From NCBI RefSeq assembly GCF_009914755.1, contig NC_060932.1: 64,000 bases of DNA. One strand, written 5' to 3'. The notes below the pieces were generated by a model, which saw only the letters and a program-made list of their open reading frames with translations, was not told the DNA's origin and ran no database searches. The position numbers and the translations under genes were made by a program. Each line of letters starts with the position of its first letter. The first letter of the stretch is position 1. The stretch comes from the human T2T-CHM13v2.0 reference genome, Homo sapiens. Of this stretch, positions 11,578-24,230 are shown one piece after another.

Positions 11578-14500
11578 TCTCTTTTTTGTTTAACTTTTAT
11601 TTATTTTATTGTATTTTAAAAATAGTTTCAACTTTTATATTAGAATCAGGAGATACATGTGCAGGTTTGTTACATGGGTATATTATATGATGCTGAAATT
11701 TGCGATAAAAATGCTCTTGTTAACCAGGTAGTGAGGACAGTATCCAAAAGTTAGTTTCTCAAAACTTAACTTTCTTCCTGCTCCTGCCCCCTGACCAGCA
11801 GACCACAGTGTCCATTGTTGCCGTCTTTATATTCATGACTAAACAATGTGTAGCTCCTACATATAAGTGATAACATGCCATATTTGGTTTTCTGTTATTC
11901 ACTTATGATAATGCATTAATTTGCTTAGGATAATTGCCTTCAGCTGCATCCATGTTACTGTAAAGGACATGATTTAATTCTTTTTTGGCTGCATGGATTT
12001 CCATGGTGTATATGTACCACATTTTCTTTATCCAATCCACTGTTGATGGGTATGTATGTTGATTTCTTGTCTTTGCTATTGCGAATTGTGCTGCAATAAA
12101 CACATGACTGCAGGTATATTTTTGGTAGAACAATTTATTTTCTGTTGAGTATATAACTGGTATGGAACTGCTGAGTCAAATGACAGTTTAAGTTCTCTGA
12201 GAAATCTCCAAATTACTTTCCACAGTGGTTGAACTAATTTACATTCCTACCAACAGTGTATAAGCATTCCCTTTTCTCTGCAGTGTTGCCAGCACCTTTT
12301 TTTTTTCCTTTATGATAGCCATTCTGACCGGTGTCAGATGATATCTTGTTGCAGTTTTGATTTGCATTTCTCTGATGATTAGTGATGTGGTGCATGTTTT
12401 CATGTTGGTTGCCTTCTTGTATATCTCCCTTTGAGAAAGGTCTGATCATGTCCTTTGCCCACATTTTAATGAGCTCATTTGCTTTTTGTTTAATTGTTAA
12501 GAGTTCCTCATAGATTATAGATACCGGCCCTTTGTCAGATGCATAGTCTGTGAGTATTTTATCCCATTCTGTAGGTTGTCTGTTCACACTGTTGGTAGTT
12601 TCTTTTGCTGCGCAGAAGCGCTTTAGTTTAATCAGAACCCAATTGTCAATTTTTGTTTTTGTTGCAATTGCTTTTGAGGACTTAGTCATAAATTATTTTC
12701 CAAGACTGATGTCCAGAATAGTGTTTCTGAGGTTTTCTTCTAGAATTTTTATAGTTTGAAGTCTAACATTGAAATCTTTAATCCATTTTGAGTTGGGTCT
12801 CTCGAAGGCAGAAGATGGATGGGTCTTTTCTTTTATGCAATTGGTAACTATACCTTTTAAGTGGGGCATTTGTACCGTTTACATCCAAGGTTAATATTGA
12901 TATGGGAAGTTTTGAAATTGTTAGCTTCTTGCTTTGTAGTTTATATTGTGTGGTTGCTTTATAGAATCTGAGGGCTATGTACTTAAGTATGTTTTTGTGG
13001 TAGCAGGCTTTGATCTTTCATTTCCATGTTTATAACTCTTTTAAGACTGTTCTGCTGGTAACAAATTCCCTTAGCACTTGCTTGTCTGGAAGATATTTTA
13101 CTTCTCCTTCATTTATGAAGTTACTTTGGTGGAATAGGAAATTTTTGGTTGGAATTTCTTGTATTTAACAATGATGAAAATAAGTCCCCACTCTCTCCTG
13201 GCTTGTAAGGTTTCTGCTGAGACATCTGTCGTTAGCCTGATAGGGGTTTCCTTTGTATATGATATGACCTTTTTTATCTAGCTGCCTTTAAGATTTTTTT
13301 TTAGCATCGTCCATTGCAGTCTGGTGACTATATACCTGGGGAATATTTTTGTCTTTTATAATATCTCACAGATGTTCTCTGAATTTTTGTATCTAACTGT
13401 CTACCTCTCCAGCAGGATTAGGAAAATTTTCTTAAATTCTTCCCTCAAATACGTTTTCTAGGTTGTTTACTTTTTCTCCTTCTCTCTCATCAATGTCAAT
13501 AATTTGTATATTTTGTCACTTTACATAATCTTATATTTCTTAAAGGCTTTGTTCATTTTTTAAAAACATTTTTCTTTATTCTTGTCTCACTGGGTTAGTT
13601 TGAAAGACTGGCCTTCAAACTCTGAAAATCTTTCTTCTCTTTGGTTCACTCTATTGCTAACACTTTAAGTTGTATTATGAAATTCCTTAAGTGATTTTTT
13701 TCAATTCCAGTAGCTCTGATTCATTTCTTTTTAAGATATTCATCCCTTCCTTTTCTTTCTGGAATGATTTGGAAGTTTCTTTGTGTTGATTATTTTCAAC
13801 TTTGTTTTGAATCTCATTCAACTTCTTTGCATCCACACTTCGAATTATTTATCTGCTATTTCTGTGTTTCCACTTTTGTTAGGGACCATTGCTAGAGGAC
13901 TGCTGTGACCCTTTGGTGGTGTCACTACATTCAGATTTTTCATGGTGCCGGGATTCTTGCCCTGGTTCCTTATCATCTGGAGATGCTGGCACTTCTACTA
14001 ATTGTAATTATTTTGATGTGATTAAGATTTTTTCCTTTTCTTTATTTTTCTATTTTTTTTTCTTTCCTACTCTCTCCCTAGTGGGTGTGAATATAGAGAA
14101 TGATGGATAGGGTCTTTTGGTTTTGCTTCTATAGCCCTATGCACTTATGTTGGCACATTTTATATTGAGCCATGTGGTTTGACCTACAAGACAGTAGATG
14201 GCACTTAAGTGTAAGAGCCAGCTGCAGCCAATGTGGCTGGGTTTCTATGTGATCCTTGTTTACTGGGAGAAGCTCTCTCTTGCCTCAGCAAGGGGCTGAT
14301 TTGTGGAATGCACAGAGGTCTGAGTTTCCTGCTCTGCCTCAGGGGCGATAGGGGGAAAGATGGGCAGGGCTGGACCAAGCAGGCCTACCTGCAGGTCCCC
14401 CAATAGCAGACATAAGCACCAGTGCCAAGGGAGAATCCAGTGGGTAGCCACCAAGCAACCAGAGGTGTGCCTAGGCATGGAGCTGGGAATCCTCCTTGGC

Positions 14501-15545
14501 CCCAAGTTCTCTGCAGAGTGAGGGCAGCCTAAACTCCTAATCAAGGAGAGTGGGTGCTCCAGATTCCTGGAGATCTGCCTGGGAAGTGAGCACAGAGGGC
14601 CCGACTTTACCACAATCTCCGCACAGGAAGCGGAGGGTGTTTCAGGCTGCTGATCTGGATGAGCAGGTGCTCCAAATACCTTGATATCTGCCTGGTCATG
14701 AAGCAGCAGAGAGGGCTCCCCTGCATCACGATCTATGCCCAGGAAGGGTACAGTGGCTCAGGCTGCTGGTCCAGGTAAATGTGTGCTCCAAATGCCTGGA
14801 GTTCTGCCTGGGAGTGGAGCATACAGGGTCTCACTGCACCACTATCTCAGGAAAGGAGGCTGGGGCATACAGCAGTAGTGCATGCAAATGGGTTCCAGGT
14901 TGTCAAACTGGTCCTGGCTGCAAGTCTTGCTGCCCAGTAGAAACTGTAGCTGGAGCAACTCTCCTCCTACCTCAGACCTGCACCAGGAGAGAGCAGAATT
15001 TCAGCATCTACTGCTGAGGAGCTTTCTGCAATTCTGCCTGTGGAGGTGCCTGTCCCACTCCAGAGCAAGCACTCCAGTTTTTGGCCCAAGAATAAAATGC
15101 CTGTTTAGCCACGCTACTAGGTTTCCAAAGAATAGCTGACTTTGTATGTACTCGGATGAAAAATGTCATCCTGCTCTTCGTCCCACGTTTTCCCACTAAA
15201 CACCTCCAAGTTTCTTTCCAAGTTAGCTCTAACACTGGGGAAAAACAAAGTGCTATCTCTTGGCCTGGATTATTGCTCAGATTCACAGTGGAAAGATGAG
15301 TCACAGAAGGAGGCTCTTTGCTGCTCTCACATACTGGGGCTTCACTCACTTTTATCAGTCGGATCCATCACAGGGGCTGTTTGCCCACGTTCTCCTCGCA
15401 GGGATCTGGAATGTCCTTCCTGATTCCGGTGGATTTCCATTTTCCTTCTTGAATGAAAGCTCACAGAATTTATTTTTATGCACTATCTTGTTATTTCCAA
15501 GTGGCAGAGGTACACTAAAAGCCTCTAATCTGCCATCTTGGAAAA
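11578..15545 (-). mobile_element. L1PA15/16-like element with 5' UTR, ORF1 and 3' end, but lacking ~2.8 kb of ORF2
   Basis: 3' UTR (gatacatgtgcaggtttgttacatgggtatatt) at ~11650; ORF2 C-terminal ORF-track hits (11903-12689); ORF2 start ~12900; decayed ORF1 ~13000-13900; 5' end caagatggcagattagaggc; TSD agtagttgagtttctg (11562-11577) / agtagttgggttctg (15566-15580). Confidence 0.92.
14461..14860. repeat. ~110-115 bp tandem array (about 3.5 copies) within the L1 5' UTR
   Basis: Recurrent gtgctcca(g/a)at..ct.gagatctgcctgg at ~14553, ~14668 and ~14783. Confidence 0.8.
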
Positions 15546-15565
15546 TAAAGCAAAATAAAAATGAC

Positions 15566-15705
15566 AGTAGTTGGGTTCTGATGCTGATCGGGTGTGTCAG
15601 CCTCAACCAACCTCACGGAGAAGCTCTGGATCTAAAAAATCTGTTAAAATTGTCCAGTCCTTAAAAGGGCTGCAATGGCCTGGCATTTACATAACCCCCT
15701 TCATC
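15566..15705 (-). mobile_element. ERVL LTR (LTR16-like), right part
   Basis: gcctcaaccaacctcacggagaagctctgga...attgtcc...atggcctggcattta; resumes the LTR broken at 11577. Confidence 0.5.
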
Positions 15706-15710
15706 CATCA

Positions 15711-15870
15711 ACACAAAGAAATGATAAACATTTGAGCTGAGGGATATCCCAATTACCCTGATTCGATCATTATACATTGTAGGCTTCTACCAAAATATAA
15801 TGTGTACCCCATGAATATGTACAAATATTATGTACATATAAAATTAAACATAAAAAGATTAAAAGAAAAG
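15711..15870 (+). mobile_element. L1MA 3'-end fragment
   Basis: acacaaagaaatgataaacatttgag...cccaattaccctgattcgatcatt...gtaccccatgaatatgtaca followed by an A-rich tail. Confidence 0.85.
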
Positions 15871-18800
15871 GGACTGTAATACTTTCCGTAAGGGAGGTAG
15901 GGACTTGGATATTAGAGAGTATGTGATGTTGCTTTCTGTTCTGTTGTGCTCTGCCATGGATTTAATATGATGGGAGTTGTATTTGTATTGTGAGTTAGTA
16001 CTGACGTATTGGCGATATATCTCCTAGGGTAAGTGGAACCCTGCCTCCTTCTACTACACTGAACTAAATAGTACAGTAAAGATGTCTCTCTACAGAAAAT
16101 GAGGCTTTTTGCTGATGTGCCATTTTTATTATACAAAAGGAGTGAAGTCAGGATAATTTTTTACTAGATATTAAACAGTATAAAATACAGAAAAAGTTAA
16201 AATTTCTCTACAAAATATAGTACTTTACTAACATTTCTAAATGTTATGGCTTAGTAAATTTAGATTTATATAATAAAATTTAAAGTTAGGGAAAAAATTA
16301 CATTTCTGTACTCCAGGAACTTAGCTGTCAAGTGCCTTATAGTCTACGGTCTTTATCAAAATCTTGACCCAGAGCTTAATGGCCAGGGGGCTACACACTG
16401 TATTACTATTTCGAATTCCCAGAGAACAAAATTCTGTCCCTTATATCTGACCCAAGAAAAATCTAGGCGTGAATTTCTGAATAATTCCACTGTATGTGAA
16501 ACTTGATGCTTTTGATTAGATGTTGCTGTGAAAGGTTATCTTATCAAACTAATAAATGAACTGCTGAACAAGCTGACAGACTGCGGCTGGAAATGGCTTT
16601 TGCCCCATGGCTCAATTACAAACCAGCCAATAAGAAGTCAGGATGGAAAGCTAAATGTGATTAATTGATTGCAATGTCACAGTGAGCTAGTTAACTCTCA
16701 CTGCCCTAAATGTAAGTTGACAGTATAAATGAGAAGAGGGGAGAAACAAAACAGTGAGGATAAAAGCTATCATACTGCAACAGAGAAAAATTGAGAAACA
16801 AATAGGGGCTCAATTAAAGAGAATGAGCACATGCTTCCAGAGGAATATATTTTTATCCCATTTGATTTGATAACAATCCCTGCCTTGGCTCCTCCTTTCC
16901 TCTGTTTTTTTCTAACTTAGAGCTATTCTAGTATATGAAGAAATAGACTACACTAACAAAATTACTTGAAAAATACATACAGAAAGGTTTGAATTTTATT
17001 AATAATTTTATGGGTTTTAAAATAATCAGATGGATAAAATTATAAACTGTTAGTATTTTTAGAGGTCGATCACTCCCCACTTTCCCCAAAGTGGGGAAGA
17101 ATCTGAAAGCAGCAGCCTAGTGTTTTGTTCTACAAAGGATACTTCTTCAGACATTCCCATTTCTCTACTTAAAATGAAATCTGCTTTCTAAACAGTAGCC
17201 AGATCAATGTGAACTACCTACTGAGTAATCTAGTGTCAATATAAGAAGACATTTGGAATGAAAACCAAAAGAAAAAAAAAAGAGGAGAAATGAGAAGAAA
17301 TGGGAAGAAAAGGGATCAAAGCAACATTAGAATGCCGTGAAAAGAAGAACAGAGAACGGATGTGTTAAAAGCCATTTGTAATAGGAAGATTTTTTAAACC
17401 TGAACAGAATGGTGAGGAAGCTGCCAAAGAAATTGCAAAAGATGGTGACAGTGACGAAAGAGGAAAAAAGAAAGATTTAAAGCCTCTTCAAAACACAAAG
17501 ACAAGGAGGAAATCCTGAGAACAAAAATTCAAACTCGTATTATATGAATTACATCGAACTGAGGTTGCTACTTTCTTCCTGGGTCCATATATCAGCTCAA
17601 GTTTTGACAAGGAAAGCAGAACAAAAAAGGAAAATAAACTATCCACATTGTGATTAATATATACAGATCTAAGTTCCCCAGAGTATGAGGATCTCGGTGA
17701 ACATTTATCAGGCACCAGATTTGTTAGGAAATGAAAGAGAGTCAAACCACTTTTTAAATCCAGAGCAAGTGAAAAATTAAGGACACGCCAAAGGAAGAAA
17801 GACTAAGGAAAGGAAAAAAATCTAATTTGGATGTACTTCACTACATTTAGAGATTTTCATTTCATTTTCAGAGGAAAAATAATTTGCCCTTCGTTAATAT
17901 TGCTTACTTTTAATCTTTTTTTTTTTAAATCTGAAGTTGGGTTATATATTTTAAAGCAATATGCTTCAAGCTAGCCATATTATTTCACATTAATCTCAAC
18001 TATATGAAAAGTATCATTTTACTTGATAACTGTAATGTGTTTCTTATCCAGTGTTATAGATTATTAGCTGCTGTGTATAATCTGAACAATCAGCAATTTA
18101 TTCTTTCTGTCTACCATTCAGTTAGGACATAATCATGACTTTAGACAAAAGGCTTTTTCAAACAAATTTGTCACTTATTTGCAGTGTGCTTATTAGTATA
18201 GTGAGGTGTGACTTTTGCAGTATCATACAATGACTAATACTGTTCTGAAAAAATGAAAAATAAAAATAAACACTTTCTACCAGGTGGTATTGTACTAGTA
18301 TATTAAGTACATATTTTAAAATTTTTAAATAAATATTTTTATATTTTCATTTCAATTTAAAACATATTTTAAATAAATATTTTCAAATATTTTATATTAA
18401 TTTTTAAATAATTATTTCACAGGTAAATGTTCCTCAAACATTTACCTGTATGCAAGCTTTTAAAACTTTTGTAGACATAGAAGATGAAGTGTTTTGTGTT
18501 AGGCAAAGAAATTAAACATTGTATCTTAGAAGCTTTATTTTAAAATCTTAATAAATATGTACAATGACCTCTATAGAATTCCATTCATAATATTGCCTTA
18601 TGAATTAAGTCTTTCATAGTATGTTGCATACAAGATTTTTATTTAACGAAAGGAAAATTATTTAAATATACCATGTATAGAGAGATTTTTAAATATTCTG
18701 ACAAGAACAGATAATAGCTATCAGATTATTTTAAGATTACAGTTTAGGGTCAATTCATAATATAGTTTTTCATTCAAATCTAGTATACACAAAGACTGAA

Positions 18801-19459
18801 AAGACAAATTGTCTTCATTTTTTTCTTTTTCATTTTTTCAATAATTTGTTAAGCTGTCAGTGATACATTACACTGAAGAAAGAAAATTTGCTAAGCCAAT
18901 ATTATGAAGTATAGAGTTTAAAGCATTGACATTTTATTATTATTTTTGCAACTACTCTAGTTCTAATATATACATGTCAAACATTTAAAAAGAGTATCAT
19001 TTTATAATATAACAATAAGTTGGATTTTTTAAAAAGTGAAGTAGATACTGAGAGAAATTAAAAACTTGTCACAATTGTACAGGTACAAATTGTAAGAATA
19101 GGGCTTTTTATCAAATGTTTTTACCTGCTCAGTCCATCCAATTCCTCATTTCATACTGTGACTAATAAATATAGTTTGCATATTAGAAAATTATATTGTC
19201 TTTAAATGAATTTAGATTCATAATTACATTTAATCTTAGTAGAACAAACTACCAATTATGTTCTAACATACTAATAAAACGTTTCCATCACTGTATGCTT
19301 CCATATTCTCAATGCTTATTTGAGAAGTCACCAAATATAAAATCTAATTTATTTTGCTTGCTTGTTTGACATGACCCAATAACATCAAAACAAAAAGAAA
19401 AAAATAAAAAAAGTGAATTCTTTAAAAATAATGTTATAGATAAATTTGGCCAGATTCTA

Positions 19460-19902
19460 TTTTTCTTTTATTTTTAATTGACAGGTAATAAGTATACATA
19501 CTTATGGAATACAGAATGATATTTGGATACATGTGTGCAATGTATAATAATCAAATCAGGGTAATTAGCAAAACCGTCACCTCAAACATTTATCATTTAT
19601 TTGTGTTGTGAAGATTCAAAATCCTCTTTTCTAGCTTTTTGAGAATACACAATAAAGTATAGCTAACCATAATCTAGCTGTAGAACACCAGAACTAATAT
19701 CTCCTATATGGCTGTAATTAACCATTAACCAATCTCTCCTTAGTCTCCCTTCCCTTCTACCATTCTTGGCCTCTAACCCACAATGCTACTCTCTACTTTC
19801 ATGGGCTCATTTTTTTTTAGCTCCCATATATGAGAATATACATTATTTATCTATCTGTGCCTGATTTATTTTGTTTAACATAATGTCTTCCAGGCTCATC
19901 TG
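19460..19902 (-). mobile_element. L1MA (MA6-8-like) 3'-end fragment
   Basis: tttttaattgaca...atcaaatcagggtaattagca...cacctcaaacatttatc...tagctcccatatatgag...tccaggctcatc. Confidence 0.88.
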
Positions 19903-20054
19903 TTGACCAGATTCTTAAATTAAATAGTTGATTTTGCTTCATTAAGAAACATTTAACTCTTAATCTTATCCATTCTAAAATAAAAGAGAACATACTTATA
20001 CATAACGGTTCTTTATATAGAAAGAGAATATAACACAATGCCTATTCATCCCCT

Positions 20055-20515
20055 AAATTAAACAAATTTTATTCAGCACTCTTTATGTCTCAAGCAGTTT
20101 TGTAGACACTGGAATAGACCCAATAATACATATAAATCTTATTAAGATAGCCAATTCAATTTCAATAAAATATAATTAGCACTATAATAGAGTATGCATC
20201 AGCTACTCTTAGGATATAAAGTGTAAGCACTAAATTAAATTTTATATAATTAGAAAACCTTTCCAGAAGTAATATTTGGGATATTGGAGAATGAGTAGAA
20301 GTAGGTAAGAGTAATTTTTATGAAAACAAAAGAAACTCTGAGTTCAAAGAGCAGCAAAAAAAGAGCGTGATAAATTATAGGAAATGAAAGATGCCTTCCA
20401 ACAAGATACTAGGTTCTCCACTAGAATTTAAGTTCTGTGAGGCAGAGATTTTTTTCTATATCAGCATACACACAGTGTTTTTTTATTCGATACTCAATAA
20501 ACCTTTGCTAAGTAA
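20055..20515. mobile_element. L2 3'-end remnants (two opposed fragments)
   Basis: aaacaaattttattcagcact (minus) and tagaatttaagttctgtgaggcagagatt...tactcaataaac (plus). Confidence 0.5.
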
Positions 20516-21496
20516 AATTTGAAGTCATGTATGCAGAGATAATCTTGAGAAATAGAGTATGGATATTCATTCTATTATTGTATTTAAACCTCATCCAAAT
20601 ATGGCCTATTTACCTCTTAATCCATATAGAAGAGTAAATATATGATTTTTAAAATTTTGCTTCTGTATGTAGTGGTAAGTCCATAGGCTATATTGAATTA
20701 TCTGTTGCTGTTGAAGAAAAGTTTTATGTAAAAAAAGCAAAGCTATTGGGATAATTTTCCTTATTCTTATTCTATAGAGACTTATGTTTCATTTCAGCCT
20801 AATGAATTCTCACTTTAAGAATGAAATGATTGTGAGCTTCTATTAACAGTACAAGGCACAAGGTAGTATCACAAATCAGCTAGGCATTTGTTTTGTATGC
20901 AGTATCTCATCTCAGTCACTGGGCTTTCCATTCACTGCTTCCTGTCTCTGATTGTAAATCAAAGATTACCCATTTCAGGCTTGAATTACCCTTTGTTTCT
21001 TAACTCAAAGCTATAACATGACTTTATCTCTTTCTTCTGTTTTAAGTATTTAATGTTACCGAGGTAGCCTGCCTGTGGAATGCAATGGTTAAAATATTAG
21101 TTAAATAATGCCATGTTTGTATAAATTTGTTTTTTAATGTGTTATCTAAGCATAGTTCTATGAAAATAAATTATTAAACAATATTTATTGGTAGTATAGC
21201 AGTAGTTGCAAAGCATGCATAAGGAACATAACAATAATCTTTCATCATCAAAGTCACTTGTCCATCCAATAAAATGCAACTCTCTAAGGCAATCTCTAGC
21301 CAGTGCTTCACTATGACTCTAATTCCAGAAATGATCCTTGTAAGTGCAAGATGTTGTAGTGAGTGGATCAGTTTTTCACTGTGTCATTGTCATTGCTTTA
21401 ACATGAGATTGATTAGAGCATTGAGGATGCTGTAGGTGTGAACTCAAATTATGTTATAAGGCAAGGTGTGATTTTTAACTTCTTTGTGACAATTGA

Positions 21497-21585
21497 TATG
21501 TGTGTGTGCATGTGTGTGTGCACATATATTTATATTTGCATGTGTGCGTATATATATATACACACACACAAATATATATATTTGT
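21497..21585. repeat. (TG)/(TA)/(CA) compound microsatellite
   Basis: Direct reading of the sequence. Confidence 0.85.
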
Positions 21586-21589
21586 GTTT

Positions 21590-21906
21590 ATAACTGGTCT
21601 TCCATACCTCTGGGTTCCACATTTATGGAATCAACCAACCACAGCTCTGAAGTATCTAAATATGTACAGACTATTTTTCTTTTCACTATTCTCTAAACAA
21701 TATAGTGCAATGATTCTTTACATAGTACTTACATTGTAGAAGGTATTATAGGTAATCTAGAGATGATTTAAAGTATATAAGTGGATGTGGGTAGGTTATA
21801 TGCAAATTCTACACCATTTTCTATAAGCAACTTGGGCATCCATATATTTCAGTATCTACCAGGTGGTCCTGGAACAAATTCCCCATGGATACTGAGAGAC
21901 AACTGT
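21590..21906 (-). mobile_element. MER2 (Tigger-family MITE)
   Basis: aggtattataggtaatctagagatgatttaaagtata; right end ggtcctggaacaaattccccatggatactgagagacaactg followed by TA. Confidence 0.9.
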
Positions 21907-21908
21907 AC

Positions 21909-21909
<1 letters not shown>

Positions 21910-21947
<38 letters not shown>

Positions 21948-22132
21948 TGTGTATGTGTCTGTCTGTATAGGTAGTGTGTATATATATGTATATATACACA
22001 CACCTATATATATGTAGAATATATATGTCTACATACATATGTAATATATATGCACACCTAGGTAGTGTGTGTATATATATGTAGTGTGTGTATATATATT
22101 TAGTGTATATACATGTACAAACACACACACAC
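21910..22132. repeat. (TG)n plus degenerate (TA/TG) compound microsatellite
   Basis: Direct reading of the sequence. Confidence 0.9.
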
Positions 22133-22959
22133 TTTTGTACCTCATGGATACATTGATGGTCATTACATTCTCAATTTTCTTTTATTACCAAATGCCAATG
22201 TTTAGGCTTACTTGGAATTTACTACCTACTTTCATTTTCTTTCCCAAACTCTCAGTCTCTTGGATGCACTAAGCCTATATCTGAGTACACATTACTGATT
22301 TCATAGTTTACAGAACATAATTGAATCAAGACTTAGAAATATTGCCAGTGAGATAAAGAGAAAGTTTGACGGAAGCTAATTACCTAAAGTTACACACAAA
22401 TTTACTACCTTTTCATTGTCATTATGTTTGCTTTGAAAAAAAATATAGACAAGTTGCTCAGAAAAAAATACATCACTATATGGCATGAGCTTCAAATTAT
22501 GCCTCCTTGATCATTGTATTCCAGGACCATTTTAAAAAAATTTTAGTCAACTGCAGCTCACAAAAAGGCAATAAATTATCAAAAGGTAACTAATCATTGT
22601 TGTCTTTATGTATTTCAAGCAAAATTACACACTAAGTTTCAAGTAGACTCCTAGAGATAGCATTGCTTGCTTATTGTGTATACTTGAATCTGATATTAGA
22701 TACATAGATGACAATGTTATCTTCTATAAGAAATATTATTGTTACTGTAGGAATCTGGGGAAAATGTACTTCTCTACAATCCTCTTGTTGCTTTATTGAA
22801 TGCTGCTTAAAAGTAGCTCATTATTTTAAGCTAGAGTTATTTGTAAAACAGAGATAAATCATATACAATTACAATATACGAAATTAAAAATAACCACAAG
22901 CACTTTATGATTTTTCTAAGCTATAGATTAAACTGCTAAATATAGGACATTAAATGGCT

Positions 22960-23485
22960 AAGAGCAGTAGCTGTGCATTATGTATCACTAAAAATAATAG
23001 AAATAAATACTCATTTGAACAATAAGTAAAGTGATTGGCTCGTCTACAAAATGTTCAGAGACAGGGTGAGCTTAAGAATATTGAACCAGTCATTCTGCAG
23101 TGTTATCAAATACTTGGATTTGCTTTTCTAATTTCATTTCTGCCACACACAGTGTTAGCTTCATCCTTTGACTTTCTCCCATAAAGAACACAGGATGCCA
23201 TCCAAGGGCAATTAGATTTTTTTCATTCACAAAGGAGGGGGATAGTTTTCCAACTTCCCTTTCTTAAGATATAATCTCTATGCTATCATAAAGATTCACT
23301 TATAATTCATTGGCCTTAATTTAATCAAATTGTTTTTTAGTCAATTACTACAAGCAGATATAATTAGGACCATTCCTGAGAATGAGGGAGGAAGAGCTTC
23401 CCCTGAGATATATGACACCAAGGAAGATTTTCCATTAGGAAAGAGGGAAATGGATGTTGGGGAGGCAATCAGCAATGCCCACTAT
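22960..23485. mobile_element. Ancient MaLR LTR (MLT1J/K-like), decayed
   Basis: ctgccacacacagtgttagcttcatcct...ttcattggccttaatt...ggatgttggggaggcaa; weak similarity only. Confidence 0.4.
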
Positions 23486-24184
23486 TGTTTGATACGCCTC
23501 AGACAATACACCATGTATTTTATTGTTCTGTTTTGTTTTGTGTTTAAATCTCAGAGTGGAAGTGGTTAATCTCAGATGTCTAAGATTATTTCTAAATTGA
23601 CTACAATTATTTTAAACAGGTGATGTAGAAAATTAAAATAGTTGCTGAATATGGAAGGCCGAAATGTAAAATACTATATTGATAGACTGCTTAGTGATAA
23701 CTGTAAAGAAAATGGCTCTGTAAACAATTTTTATATCAAAAATAATATATAATTATGAATAATTTTATTTTAGATTTAAATAAAGATACAGATTTTATAT
23801 TTAAAAGACATATTACATATTTTTCTAGAAATAAAGATATTTTCAAAAGAAAAATCTTAAGAGGTTCTTATGCACTTAATTTAGTTCAGCTGAATGTAGC
23901 CAAAAGAATTGCATTCTTGCATTTATGAGACAATATGGAAAGTAGAGGGTTAATTTATTAAAATGTTAGAAAGTAGGCCATCTTGAGGATAGCACATTTG
24001 AATAATTTTGGGATGAAAGCTGTTGTATTTTTATTACTTTTCCTAAATAGGTTTATAAAGACATTGTGTCCAAAACATTGTGGATTCTGGCATTGCTTTA
24101 AAACATAACATGTGATGTGCTGAAGCTATGCTAAACCCAAAGTACTGTTCAGCTCTTTACAAAAAAGATGTATTTAAATTGACA

Positions 24185-24230
24185 TATATATATATATATG
24201 TGTATATATATATACACACACACACATACA
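24185..24230. repeat. (TA)n(CA)n microsatellite
   Basis: Direct reading of the sequence. Confidence 0.9.

Noticed and set aside
14461-14860. Spaced repeats as a CRISPR-like array
   Set aside because: Eukaryotic context, the whole unit repeats (no unique spacers), and it lies within an L1 5' UTR.
17330-17810. Purine-rich stretch with coding-like peptides (NGEEAAKEIAKDGDSDERGKKK) as a processed pseudogene
   Set aside because: No long frame, no protein I recognise, no poly(A) or TSD. BLASTX would be needed; most likely low complexity or an ancient repeat.
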